Source: Eledone cirrhosa
Taxonomy: Eukaryota
Direction: 5' to 3'
DNA: 64,000 bases
NCBI GenBank assembly: GCA_964016885.1
Contig: OZ024753.1
Coordinates: 46,810,001 to 46,874,000 of the forward strand
Each line of letters starts with the position of its first letter. Within the stretch, counting starts at the first letter, position 1. The notes beneath the pieces are model-generated. The model saw only the letters and a program-made list of their open reading frames with translations, made no database searches and had not been told where the DNA came from. Of this stretch, positions 50,717 to 64,000 are shown one piece after another. The position numbers were made by a program, and so were the translations under genes.

Positions 50717-51359
50717 TACAATACAAAACCTCTGAGAATGATTTCTAAGATATTTCACCATAATTAATTTTCATCAATATATATTAATATTATTATTGTT
50801 TATTAGGTCAGGTGGATTGGCCAGAACAATTCTACTCTTCTTTTTTAGATGTCACGATTTTTCATGGCATTCCTGAGATCATTAATCTCCAGCTGGAGAT
50901 CCAGAGACATCTGATGTATGTAGGTGAACCTCAGTCATCCCACTTGGCTCTTACTATGTTTAGGTATCCACCACAGGAGCCAGCTCATCAGGTCATCCTA
51001 CCCTCAGCAGCAATGTCCAGCATCTATTGATTTCCGCTCCCTAGTTATTGTGGTAATCTTCGATATCTGGGAATATATTTCTTCTGCTTAAGGGAGTAAT
51101 AAATATATAGTTTAAAAAAAAACATATATATACACACACATATATATATGTTGTCATTTATAAGAGTTCTCTATCAAAAGCCTTCTCTATGTCCAAAGCT
51201 AAGTATAGTGGCTTATTTTTCTCTAAGAACCTCTTTTGTAGTTGTCTCACTAAGAAGAGGGCATCTGTTGCACTTTTCAGCGGCACAAAACCAAACTGCA
51301 TCTCATACACATACATACATATACATACATACATACATACATATACACATACATACATA

Positions 51360-51714
51360 CATCATCATCATCATCATCATCATCATTTCGTTTTAAGTCC
51401 GCTTTTTCCCTGCTTGTAAGGGTGGGACGGGAACTGATTCTGGCTTGATTTCTAGAGCTGGATGCCCTTCCTAACACCAACCTCATTTACAGTGAGTGCT
51501 GAGTGCTTTTTTGCCGTGGCACCTCCACGACCACTTTGCAGTGGAATGATATGGACCCCAGTCCCTATCATCTCATTTCTACAGCTGAGTAAACTGGAGC
51601 AATGTGAAATAAAGTGTCTTGCTCAAGGAAACAACACATCACCCGGTCTGAGAATTGAACTCACAACTTTTCGATTGCCAGGCCAATGCTCGAACCACTA
51701 AGCCATGTGCCTCC
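51360..51714 (-). mobile_element. Same SINE, unit 5
   Basis: Near-identical to 19929-20279. Confidence 0.85.
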
Positions 51715-52772
51715 ATATACATATACATATACATATACATACACATACATATACATACATATATATATACATACATACATATATACACATACATACATAC
51801 ACATACATACACATATACATACATATACATACATAGATATATATATATACATAATATAAATATACATACATACACATACATAAGCATATACACATAAGTA
51901 TATATACATATACACACGTATATATACATATACATACATACATATATACACATACATACATATATACATACATACACACATATATACATATACACATACA
52001 TACATATACATACATATACACATACATACATATATATATATACATACACACACATATATACATACACACACATATATACATACACACACATATATACAAA
52101 CACATACATATACACATATATACACATACATACACATACATATACATACATATACACATATACACTCATATATACATATACATACATACACACACATACA
52201 TACATATATACATATACATACATAAAGACAAATCCACCTCATGGACGAGAATGCAAGGGCTCCTCCTCTTTGTTTCGGCCGCGGATGGCTAACCCTAACC
52301 CCATCCCCGCTCCCCACCGCTCCCAACCTCCAAACGCAATCCAAAACTTCAGAGTTGGTACCATTAATGTAGGCACCTTATAGGGTGGCTCTAACGAGGT
52401 TGTAGAAATGCTTGAACGTAAGGAGGTCGATGTTTGTTGTATTCAAGAGACCAGGTGGAGGGGTGGGTCTGCTAGATTCATCGTGGGTAAAGAACGATGC
52501 TATAAGCTTTTCTGTGTGGCAAATGACAATGGGCTGGGTATACACATACCACCCCACCATCCCACCGCAAAGTGGTCGTGGAGGCGCCGCGGCAAAAAAG
52601 CACCCAGCCCACACTGTAAAGCTGACGTGGAGGTGCCACGGAAAAAAAAAAGCACCCAGCACTCACTGCATACGGGGTTGGCGTCAGGAAGGGCACCCAG
52701 CTGTGGAAACCAATCCAGAATCAGCTCCCACCCCACCCTTGCAAGCATGGAAAAGCGGACGTATGATGAAGT

Positions 52773-52821
<49 letters not shown>

Positions 52822-54671
52822 TATATATATACACATATATATATACACACATATATATCAGTGTACATATATATATACATATATATATATATATAAATGA
52901 ATATTTATTCAATTTAAAGCGCCAATTATCTATATATAACAAGATATGAATTTTTCTAGGGATGGGGGAAATTTTCAGTTTGTTTTTATATTTTCACTTC
53001 ATTTTTTACTTTCTATTTAATACAGTCTTTGATCCAATATAATCCTGACAGTATTTGAACCAGTTTACCTCATATATATGTATGCACACACAACACTCAA
53101 GTTTCGCCATCTACTGCTATTTCATTCATATTTATTGTTTAATTAACTCTGGTCTAATTCATCAACTATTGTTAATTATATTATTACGTAGATTTCTTAT
53201 AAAATCTAGTGCATATATACGTGTATATATACAGGGAGACACTGTAATAGATGTAAAGAGAGTGGGAGATAGAGTTATAGAAGTAAAGAGAGGGGGAGAA
53301 ATAAGCGGTAGATAGAGTAATAGATGTAAAGAGAGGGTTAGAACGTTCAACTTGACAGTCAGTACAATGTTCAGCATGGTAGCCAGTACATATGCCAACT
53401 ACCCAACCGGCCAGCCAGCCGCATATGCGGTTGACTGGCCAGTTGGGCGGTTGGTATGTGGAACGTTCAACTACGCAGTCAGTACCAAAGTTCAACATTG
53501 TAGCCAGTGCATATGCCGATCGCCGCGCCCTCTTTGCTCTATTTTAATGACCTGGAACTAAGTAAAAAGAGTAGGAGATAACTCGACAAGAGCGGAGAGG
53601 GTGAGATTCGAACCATGTAAAGTCGTTGGCTCCTGAAGTTCGTAAGCGGGGCTGCTACTGACTGAGCAGCGCCGGCAGCAAGGCAAATCGCGCATAAAAT
53701 AACGCTTATATCGACAAAAAAAAAAAAAAAATTTCAATGTTGCACTCTTGTTTGTTGTTCTTTTATTTTACGTAAACATTTCGCTGCTCTAGCCTCTTAT
53801 TTCCTATTAGATTACACTTAATTCCATTAAACATTCATTCTTAGTCTCGTGGTAAACTATTTCATCTATATTTATATCGCTGTTACAGCCTTTTATTTCT
53901 ACATCTATCACCTATAGCCACTGTTACGCCGGTAGTATAAGTAGCTTTATAACAAGAAACGATGATATAACTCCACAAAATGTCTTCTTGAGCAAGACAC
54001 TTCACTTCATATTGCTCCAGTACACCGAGTTACACATAGACAGATACATACATACATACACAGATAGAAATGAGAGGTAGATAGAGTAAAAGATTTAAAG
54101 AGAGTGTGAGAAGTACGAGTTAGATAGTGTAAAAGATTTAAAGAGAGGGTGAGAGTGTGACACACATTTATCTGTCTATCTCTCTCTATTTTAACACCGG
54201 TCGTTATAATTAGTTTTATAACACCGCTATATTACCGACATGAAAGAGGTAAATAATTATTTCTTAAATGTTTAGAACATGTTTCTCTTGTCTTCTTAAA
54301 TGTATAGAACATGTTTCTTATTTATATTCTTAACATAGCTAGGACCTTATCTCATTTACTGGTCTCTACTTTTAGGGCTTTGCTGGTCCCATGTGCCCTC
54401 CATGTAGACACACTCGCCCCTTCTCTCTCAGTCTCCGTACTAATTACTACACATACGTATATATATTTATTTTAAGAAACCTTAATGACAAATAATATAA
54501 AGTGTTTGTAAAGTGGGGAAGAGTAGTTTTACGGTGGGGTTGTTATATAGATATCGTTTTTGCAGTGGGGTCGTGACTGGCGTATAATAATGAGTCACTG
54601 TTGATGTATATACAAATCATGTTTTGGATATAAGTGAAGTTATTTAAGAGATTTAGTTGTTTTGTATACAT

Positions 54672-56651
54672 TCATAACGGTACGCGATGGGACCCACCCA
54701 CAGCCCCGGCGGACAGAATGGAGAAGGCGTTTCCCCGGAGCACGGCAAGGGAGACGCGCTGGAAAAGCCACTCCAACTCGCGGGGCTCACACCTGCGGCT
54801 GGCCAGCTCAGCGCCTATGGTGGTGAGTAAGGAGGTAGCCCTGGGGCCGAGGACACCAGAAGTCTCCACTTCCAGGGGTACGACCGCAAACCTGTCGGAG
54901 AGTGAACGATATGTGAGGAGTTTGGCCCCCTCAGCCTGACGTGCAGCAGAACCTGGGCCAGTCGCAGACTGCACCAGGTTGCGGCTGCAGAAAGTGTCGG
55001 TGCAAGTGGCATCCCAGACGAGGGGTTTGCCACCGCGGAACGGGAAGATGGTCATGCCATCTAGCCTTTTGCCGTCCCCTCGAGCTGGGAAGGGAAGCCT
55101 GCAGCGTCCAAGCCATGCTAAATGACTTCGTTCAGGGCAGCATGGCGTGGATTGCGGGTGGAGGCCGAAAGAGTCCATGGTGGAACGGCAGCGACATTGG
55201 TGTGAGGCCGAGCCTCAGGGAAACGCCGATGCGCAAGCTATTGTTGTCTAGCTGCGTGCGAGTGGAGAAGGAGGGCAGGGCATGGAGCCAGGCCCCACTG
55301 TGGGGTTTGGAGGCTGCACGAAAACAAACAAGGCGGTGCTGGTCGAGCTGGCACGTGAGCCTGTCTGAGGCCAGGCTGCACTGGATGGCATCCCAAGTGT
55401 GTTGGGGGGGACTTGACGTCAACAGGGGGAGAAGGAGGAGGAACGTCTACTGGGCTAAGTCCCAGCCGGTGCCACGTCTCACAGGCGGCCAGGCGTTCTC
55501 TGAACACAGAGGGTTCTGTTGTGTTTTGAAGAACCCTGCTGAAGAGGACGTGGTACGAGGTTACCGACGAAAGATATGCCGGCAAAGCTAGTGAGATCGG
55601 GGACTGGAGGCGAAGGCCGCCATACCTGACAGGTAAAGTTACATATCTCATCGGCTGCTGCTCGGATACAAGTTTAGGTGTAGCACAGAGTGTATAGAGG
55701 AGCTTCGGCATGGCGTAGCAGTTCCTCAGCAGAAAGAGAACTGGGTGGCCATCAATCAAGCCCAGTCGGCTCGTGAGAGTCTGGACTTGATGGAGGAGCG
55801 GATGGCCGGCGGGTGGATCGGTGAGGGCATCCTCTTTGGGGGGTCACCTGAACCTGGCGGAGAATGGACCGCACGTCCAAGACGGAGACTGCAAAGCTTG
55901 CAGCATCGAGGCTGACATTCACCACCTCCGACTTGGCTGAGTTGACCTGGAGGTCGATTCCCGCCAGCGCAGGAACCACCGATTGAAGGTCATGGCAGAC
56001 CGCCTGTACGGGCCCACCCAAAGTAGCATCATCCAGATACCAAACGTTGAGAGGGGCCGTTATACTCCAGGCGATGTGGTCAATACCAAGGGTGAACAGG
56101 AGGGGTCCCAAAGGGTTGCCCTGTTGGATCCCAGTAGCCAAGGGTATGACCGTATCAGCAGCATGGCGCATGCTTGGGGCTCCATATGACAGGTAGGCAG
56201 GGGGGGCTCGGCTGAGGCAGGCCTCGAGCAGATGATCCCAGCGTAAAGAGTTGAAGGCATTCCTCATGTCAAACTTGACAATGAGGTGGCTGGAGGCCCT
56301 GGATGCCGGTTCCGAGTGTTACGGACTTGCAGATTACCTTGGCAGCCAGCCTCCGGAAGACATTGCCCACAGCAATGGGGCGTATGCCATCCTCTTTCTT
56401 CCTGAGAGCGGTGAGGCTGGCCGAAAAAAAGAGGCCTCGAGCATAAGAGTCCAGGGCGCCATGGATGAGCCTATTGGTGAGCGCCACAATTGCACTCAGA
56501 AGGCGGCGCCCGGCCTCAGCGGAGAGGGGAGATATCAACTCCTTGAGGAGGCCTGGTCAGAGACCATCAACATCTCCGCAGCTGCTAGCTGGGAAGGACC
56601 TGATGGCGGACATGATGTCTGCATCAGAAGCCACAAGGAGCAAGTGTGGAT
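54672..56651 (-). mobile_element. CRE-clade remnant, unit 6
   Basis: ORFs 56269..56538, 55752..56267 and 54672..55178. Confidence 0.88.
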
Positions 56652-59100
56652 TACAATACAAAACCTCTGAGAATGATTTCTAAGATATTTCACCATAATT
56701 AATTTTCATCAATATATATTAATATTATTATTGTTTATTAGGTCAGGTGGATTGGCCAGAACAATTCTACTCTTCTTTTTTAGATGTCACGATTTTTCAT
56801 GGCATTCCTGAGATCATTAATCTCCAGCTGGAGATCCAGAGACATCTGATGTATGTAGGTGAACCTCAGTCATCCCACTAGGGTCTTACTATGTTTAGGT
56901 ATCCACCACAGGAGCCAGCTCATCAGGTCATCCTACCCTCAGCAGCAATGTCCAGCATCTATTGATTTCCGCTCCCTAGTTATTGTGGTAATCTTCGATA
57001 TCTGGGAATATATTTCTTCTGCTTAAGGGAGTAATAAATATATAGTTTTAAAAAAAACATATATATACACACACATATATATATGTTGTCATTTATAAGA
57101 GTTCTCTATCAAAAGCCTTCTCTATGTCCAAAGCTAAGTATAGTGGCTTATTTTTCTCTAAGAACCTCTTTTGTAGTTGTCTCACTAAGAAGAGGGCATC
57201 TGTTGCACTTTTCAGCGGCTTAATTAATTAATGAGGTTTAATTAATGAGGAATTTTGAGGTATTTATAACAATTATTAATTATTTCATTACTGAGATATC
57301 ATTTGAAGGACTTACTAATGTTTTTATTTATTAATTATTTTATTAGTAACTTAACATGTGGTTCTTGTATAAAATTATGTTGGAAGATTTTAGGAAGATG
57401 CTATGTAGCCGGTCGCGGTAAAATAGACGCCCAGGCTATGTAGCCGGTAAGAGTGTCAGACTCCATGTGTTGCGGCCCTTTATGGTCTGAGTTAAGACAA
57501 TTTAAAATCTTTTCCACCATCAATTGTTAAAAAACAAGTTAAAATCATTTTGTCGTCCATTTGTAACGTACGTTACACTTTAGTTACATACACATATACT
57601 ATGTTACATACACACATCTACTGTGTTACATACACACACATCAACTGGGTTATATACACACACATCTACTGCGTTACATACACATCTACTGTGTTACACA
57701 CACATCTACTGTGTTACATACACACACATCTACTGAGTTACATACACACACATCTACTGTGTTACATACACACACATCTTCTGTGTTACATACACACATC
57801 TACTATGTTACATACACACATCTACTGTGTTACATACACACACCTGTGTTACATACACACACATCTACTGAGTTACATACACACAGATCTACTGTGTTAC
57901 ATACACACACATCTACTGTGTTACACACATCTTCTATGTTACATACACACAATCTACTGTGTTACATACACACATCTACTGAGTTACATACACACACATC
58001 TACTGAGTTACATACACACACATGTACTGTGTTACATACACACATCTACTGTGTTACATACATACACATCTACTGTGTTACATACATACACATCTACTGT
58101 TACATACACACATCTACCGTGTTACACACACACACATCTACCGTGTTACACACACACATCTACCGTGTTACACACACACATCTACCGTGTTACACACACA
58201 CATCTACTGAGTTACATACACATATACTGAGTTACATGCAAACACACATCTACTCTGTTACATATACACATCTACTGTGTTACATACACATCTACTGTGA
58301 TACACACACACACATCTACTCTTACATATTCATAAATAGACACACATTATACAAATAATTATTACATACACACACATCTCTGTAATAATTCAGGAAGGAA
58401 GGGGCTGGTGAAACGCTATAGCAATGTGTGTGTGTTGTGTACCTTTCAGGTTTACCGGTTTCGTAGCCTATTTGAAGATTTTATTATAATTATGAACCTT
58501 ATAATTCAATTAATTATGAATAATTTTGAGCTATTTATCACAATTGTTAGTTAATTACTAACATAGTAACTTACCATATGGTTGTTATATAGAATTTTGT
58601 TGGAAGACTTTAATTTAGATAGGAACCATTTCCATAGTACGAGAACTAATTTTGGCTGGGTTTCTACCAAAAGGGTTAATGAAGAATTTTGAACAATTTA
58701 CTAAAATTATTAATTATTTCATTACTAAGATAATGTGTGAATACACAATTATATGTGTGTATATATATATAAACAGTATGTATATATATATATAAACAGT
58801 ATATATATAGTATACAAAAGATGTAGTGGGATAGTGTGTAGTCTTAAGACAAGTCTGTCCAGATAGCTGCGCTGTAACTTACACTTATTGGGACTGTGTG
58901 TTGGCAAGCAGGCCTGTATTTTGGGATCTAGCTGGTCCATTATGAGGGAGGTCTGGTTAGTTGGCAGCACCATGCCTTACTTGTGGTATATGTATGTATA
59001 GAAATAAGTTATTGTATATGCATAACTGTCCATCTATATGTATACATGTATGTTTACTTATATCTTTGCATACATATATACATTTTCAGATGTATACACG

Positions 59101-61023
59101 TAATGGTCACCCGGATAGTAAACCAAGTCATACAGAATGGGGTTGTTCTGAAGGACTGGCGTAGCAGCATCATCATTAACTGTTACAAGGGTAAAGGAGA
59201 TGCCCTAGATAGGAGTAACTATAGAGGCATTAAATTAATCGACCAGGTCATGAAGGTCACGGAAAAAGTAATAGCGCAACTAATCAGAGAGAGAATTGAT
59301 CTAGATGAAATGCAGTTCGGGTTTGTGTCAGGTAAAAGTACCACAGACGCTCTTTTCATTGTACGACAACTACAGGAGAAGTACCTAGTTAAAAGTAAAC
59401 CCCTATACTTAGCTTTTGTTGACTTGGAGAAAGCCTTCGACAGAGTCCCCCGTTCCATTATCTGGTGGGCTCTTAGAAAACTAGGTGTTGAGGAATGGCT
59501 TGTGAGAGCTATACGAGCCATGTATAAAGAAACAGTCAGCAAGGTTAGAATTAACAACGAATATAGTGAAGAGTTTAGCGTAAAAGTTGGTGTTCATCAG
59601 GGCTCCGTCCTTAGCCCCCTACTATTTATTATTGCCCTTCAGGCTATAACAGTGGAGTTCAAGACCGGCTGCCCATGGGAACTCCTATACGCAGATGATC
59701 TAACGCTCATAGCTGAATCAATGGCCGAGCTAGAGAAGAAATTCCAAACATGGAAGCAAGGCCTAGAATCAGAAGGCCTTAAAATTAACCTGGCTAAGAC
59801 TAAAGTTCTAGTTTGTAGGAAAGAAAATAAGGCGCCGGTCCCTTCCGGGAAATGGCCATGCTCAGTGTGTAGGAAAGGCGTAGGTAGAAACTCCATTTTA
59901 TGTCCCAAATGCAAAGTATGGGTTCATAAAAGATGTAGTGGGATCACAGGTAAGCTAACTAAGAACATAGATTTTACATGTGGCCGGTGCTCTGGTGCAA
60001 TAAGTAGCAGCAAGTGCCCACAAAATACTAGCTCTTTCAATTGCGCAGAGGGTTCTATAGAAATAGTGGACAGCTTCCGTTACCTGGGTGACAAAATCAG
60101 CAGTGGGGGAGGGTGCTCTGAAAGTACAGTAACTAGAGTCAGAACTGGATGGAAAAAGTTCAGAGAGCTTATACCACTATTAGCCGCTAAAGGGTTCTCC
60201 CTAAAAATGAAAGGCAGGTTGTATGATGCCTGCATATGAACAGCAATGTTGCATGGCAGTGAGACCTGGGCATTGTGTGCAGAGGATATACGCAGACTAG
60301 AGAGGAACGAAGCTTGCATGCTTCGCTGGATGTGTAATAGTAATATATGTGAACGGCAAAGCATAAACGAACTAAGGGAAAAATTAGAAATAAGAGGGAT
60401 CTGATGTTGTGTACTCGAGAGAAGACTACGTTGGTATGGTCCACGTGATGCGGATGAAAGACGACAGCTGTATAAAAAAAATGCAGGGCAATAAAGATAG
60501 ACGGTAGCCACGGAGTAGGCAGACCCAGAAAAACCTGGGACGACTTGATAAATTCCGACCTCACACACTTACACCTCTCCAAGACAATGTCACTGGACCG
60601 AGATCTTTGGCGGTACTCAGTAATAGAGAAGACCCGCCTTACCTAGATACAAAGTAAAACCTACTACAGTCAGTAGGCACCTCTAACAAAATACACCCCC
60701 ACCCCATCCACACCGCCCCTTTCAATGTAAAGTTATGTTGGTGCCACAACATCCAGGCCGAAACAAATGAGGGCGTGTAGGTGTCACGACAAAAAAAAAA
60801 AAACACAGTCCACGCAGTAATGTGGCCGTGTAGGTAACACGGTAAAAACCTCCCAGTCCCACACTGTAAATGCGGTTGGTGTTAGGAAGGGCATCCAGCT
60901 GTAGAAAACCCGCCAGACAGTCCTATGCGAGCAAGACAACCACTCTTGCCTCAAGTGGGAAAATTCCCGTCCAAACCCATGCAAGCGTGGAATATGGACG
61001 TTAAACGATGATGATGATGATGA

Positions 61024-61027
<4 letters not shown>
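59101..61027 (+). mobile_element. 5'-truncated RTE LINE, unit 6
   Basis: Same ORF with one amino-acid change, the same lesions, and an extra stop near 60403. Confidence 0.93.
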
Positions 61028-61058
<31 letters not shown>

Positions 61059-61061
<3 letters not shown>

Positions 61062-62183
61062 CTTTGACATTTCTTAGAAAAAAAATGAAAAAGTTTTGTG
61101 AGAACCCCAATGTTTATTTATTTTATTTTATTTTTAAATAAAATTAATAACATTAATTTTATTTTGAAATTAGGTTTATAAATATTAATTATCAGCAGAC
61201 CTTTGTAGCAGTCTTGGCGGCTTAGTGGGAAGTACCAGAGATGGTGAGGTCCTTGTCTGTAGGTTCAATCCTGGTCTGGGAGTTCAATCATTGCTGTAAT
61301 GTGTCCTGTTAATCTTTTTTTAAATTTTCCTCAGAAAAAACTGAAAATCTTTGGTGAGAACCCCAATGTCTATTTATCTAATATAATTTAATTTATTTTA
61401 TTTTATTTTACTTTAGTTAAATTGTCAAAACCACTGGTGATCTAAAGTTAGAGGAGACAGATAAAATAGACATATTGTCTCCTCAACCTTTAGATCTTCA
61501 GTGTTTTCGACAATTTAACTAAAATAAAAAATTAAATTCAATATAATTAAATAAATAGGGGTTCTCTTTTTCAAAGAGATATAGAAAGAAAATTATAAAA
61601 GATTAACATGACACCTTACATGTATCTCATGGACCAGGATTGAACCTGAGTCCCCAATTCAACCCTCAGACCAGGATTGAACACCCAGAACAGGATCTCA
61701 CCATCTCTGGTACTTCCCACTAAGCTACCGAGACTGATACAAAGATGTACTGAAATTTAATATTTATAAACCTACTTTCAAAATAAAATTAAAAATAAAA
61801 TATATATATATATATATTCCTTTGACATTTCTTAGAAAAAAGAACTGAAAAAGTTTTGTGAGAACGCCAATGTCTATTTATTTTATTTTATTTTTAATTA
61901 AATTAGTTATATTTTGAAAGTAGGTTTATAAATATTAATTTTCAATAGACCTTTGTAGCAGTCTTGGTGGCTTAGTGGGAAGTACCAGAGATGGTGAGAT
62001 CCTTGTCTGTAAGTTCAATTCTTGCTTGGAGACATGTCTAATGTGTCCTATTAATCTTTTTTTAATTTTCCTTTTACATCTCTTAGAAATAACTGAAAAT
62101 CTTTGGTGAGAACCCCAATGTCTATTTATCTAATATAATTAATTTAATTTAATTTAATTTAATTTTTATTTTAGTGAAACCAC
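61059..62183. repeat. Foldback triplication, unit 6
   Basis: Near-identical to 29614-30738. Confidence 0.88.
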
Positions 62184-62624
62184 TGTTGTATTCAAGAGAC
62201 CAGGTGGAGGGGTGGGTCTGCTAGATTCATCGTGGGTAAAGAACGGTGCTATGAACTTTTCTGGGTGGGAAATGACAATGGGCTGGGTATACACATACCA
62301 CCCCACCACCCCACCGTAAAGTGGTCGTGGAGGCGCCACGGCAAAAAAGCACCCAGCCCGCTCTGTAAAGCTGACGTGGAGGTGCCACGGAAAAAAAAAA
62401 AGCACCCAGCACTCACTGCAAACTGGGTTGGCGTCAGGAAGGGCACCCAGCTGTAGAAACCAATCCAGAATCAGCTCCCACCCCACCCTTGCAAGCATGG
62501 AAAAGCGGACGTATGATGAAGTTGATATATATATATATATATTAGTATATATATACACATACATATGTACACATATACACATACATATATATATATATAT
62601 ACACACACATATATATCAGTGTAC

Positions 62625-62658
<34 letters not shown>

Positions 62659-62659
<1 letters not shown>

Positions 62660-64000
62660 AATGAATATTTATTCAATTTAAAGCGCCAATTATCTATATA
62701 TAACAAGATATGAATTTTTCTAGGGATGGGGAAATTTTCAGTTTGTTTTTATATTTTCACTTCATTTTTTACTTTCTATTTAATACAGTCTTTGATCCAA
62801 TATAATCCTGACAGTATTTGAACCAGTTTACCTCATATATATGTATGCACACACAACACTCAAGTTTCGCCATCTACTGCTATTTCATTCATATTTATTG
62901 TTTAATTAACTCTGGTCTAATTCATCAACTATTGTTAATTATATTATTACGTAGATTTCTTATAAAATCTAGTGCATATATACGTGTATATATACAGGGA
63001 GACACTGTGTAATAGATGTAAAGAGAGTGGGAGATAGAGTTATAGAAGTAAAGAGAGGGAGAGAAATAAGCGGTAGATAGAGCAATAGATGTAAAGAGAG
63101 GGTTAGAACGTTCAACTTGACAGTCAGTACATATGCCAACTACCCAACCGGCCAGCCAGCCGTATTTGCGGTTGACTGGCCAGTTGGGCGGTTGGTATGT
63201 GGAACGTTCAACTATGCAGTCAGTACCAAAGTTCAACATTGTAGCCAGTGCATATGCCGATCGCCGCGACCTCTTTGCTCTATTTAAATGACCTGGAACT
63301 AAGTAAAAAGAGTAGGAGATAACTCGACAAGAGCGGAGAGGGTGAGATTCGAACCATGTAAAGTCGTTGGCTCCTGAAGTTCGTAAGCGGGGCTGCTACT
63401 GACTGATCAACGCCGGCAGCAAGGCAAATCGCGCATAAAATAACGCTTATATTGAGAAAATAAAACAAAAATTTCAATGTTGCACTCTTGTTTGTTGTTC
63501 TTTTATTTTACGTAAATATTTCGCTGCTCTAGCCTCTTATTTCCTATTAGATTACACTTAATTCCATTAAACATTCATTCTTAGTCTCGTGGTAAACTAT
63601 TTCATCTATATTTATATCGCTGTTACAGCCTTTTATTTCTACATCTATCACCTATAGCCACTGTTACGCCGGTAGTATAAGTAGCTTTATAACAAGAAAC
63701 GATGATATAACTCCACAAAATGTCTTCTTGAGCAAGACACTTCACCTCATATTGCTCCAGTACACCGAGTTACACATAGACAGATACATACATACACATA
63801 TATATGTACACAGATAGAAATAAGAGGGAGATAGAGTAAAAGATGGAAAGATAGTGTAAAAGATTTAAAGAGAGGGTGAGAGTGTGACACACATTTATCT
63901 GTCTATCTCTCTCTATTTTAACACCGGTCGTTATAATTAGTTTTATAACACCGCTATATTACCGACATGAAAGAGGTAAATAATTATTTCTTAAATGTTT
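62659..64000. repeat. Array unit 7 (partial, unit-4-like)
   Basis: Shares the 24-bp deletion, the actgtgtaat insertion and ttgagaaaataaaac with unit 4; runs off the window. Confidence 0.9.

Larger units (their letters stand above)
46961..52894. repeat. Array unit 5 (S type)
   Basis: S-specific block present; 26-bp deletion in the CRE fragment. Confidence 0.9.
52895..62658. repeat. Array unit 6 (L type)
   Basis: Contains the L-specific block 57220-62183 and the same 26-bp deletion as unit 5. Confidence 0.9.
15100..64000. repeat. Tandem macro-repeat array, at least 7 units, two size classes (S-L-L-S-S-L-partial)
   Basis: The same anchor ORF (MNQFTSYICM) starts at 15996, 21590, 31381, 41207, 47120, 53055 and 62818, giving periods of 5594, 9791, 9826, 5913, 5935 and 9763 bp. 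Confidence 0.97.

Noticed and set aside
17654-56651. Site-specific CRE insertions into an SL-RNA/rDNA-type gene array
   Set aside because: All copies share the same truncation point and lesions, so one dead insertion was duplicated. No rRNA, 5S, histone, snRNA or SL-RNA sequence was recognisable.

Overview
AT-rich animal genomic DNA, probably an octopod cephalopod (inferred from the SINE/RTE repertoire and dense TA/CA microsatellites). I found no supportable cellular protein-coding gene, rRNA or intact tRNA. Bases 1-15,100 hold a near-full-length but disrupted RTE-clade LINE (APE endonuclease plus RT with a C4HC3 PHD-type finger inside the RT), other RTE fragments, tRNA-derived SINEs, and a 71-bp satellite interrupted by a ~57-bp minisatellite. 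From ~15,100 to the window end lies a head-to-tail macro-repeat array of at least 7 units in two size classes (S ~5.9 kb, L ~9.8 kb; order S-L-L-S-S-L-partial). Each complete unit carries a 72-bp loop-less palindrome between direct repeats, a Pol III A/B-box-like segment, and a truncated CRE-clade (restriction-like endonuclease) retrotransposon. L units replace 1.13 kb of the S unit with a ~5-kb block containing a minisatellite, piggyBac-like ends, an RTE copy and a forward-inverted-forward foldback. Most short ORFs in the supplied track are microsatellite or antisense artefacts. Boundaries and identities were read by eye.
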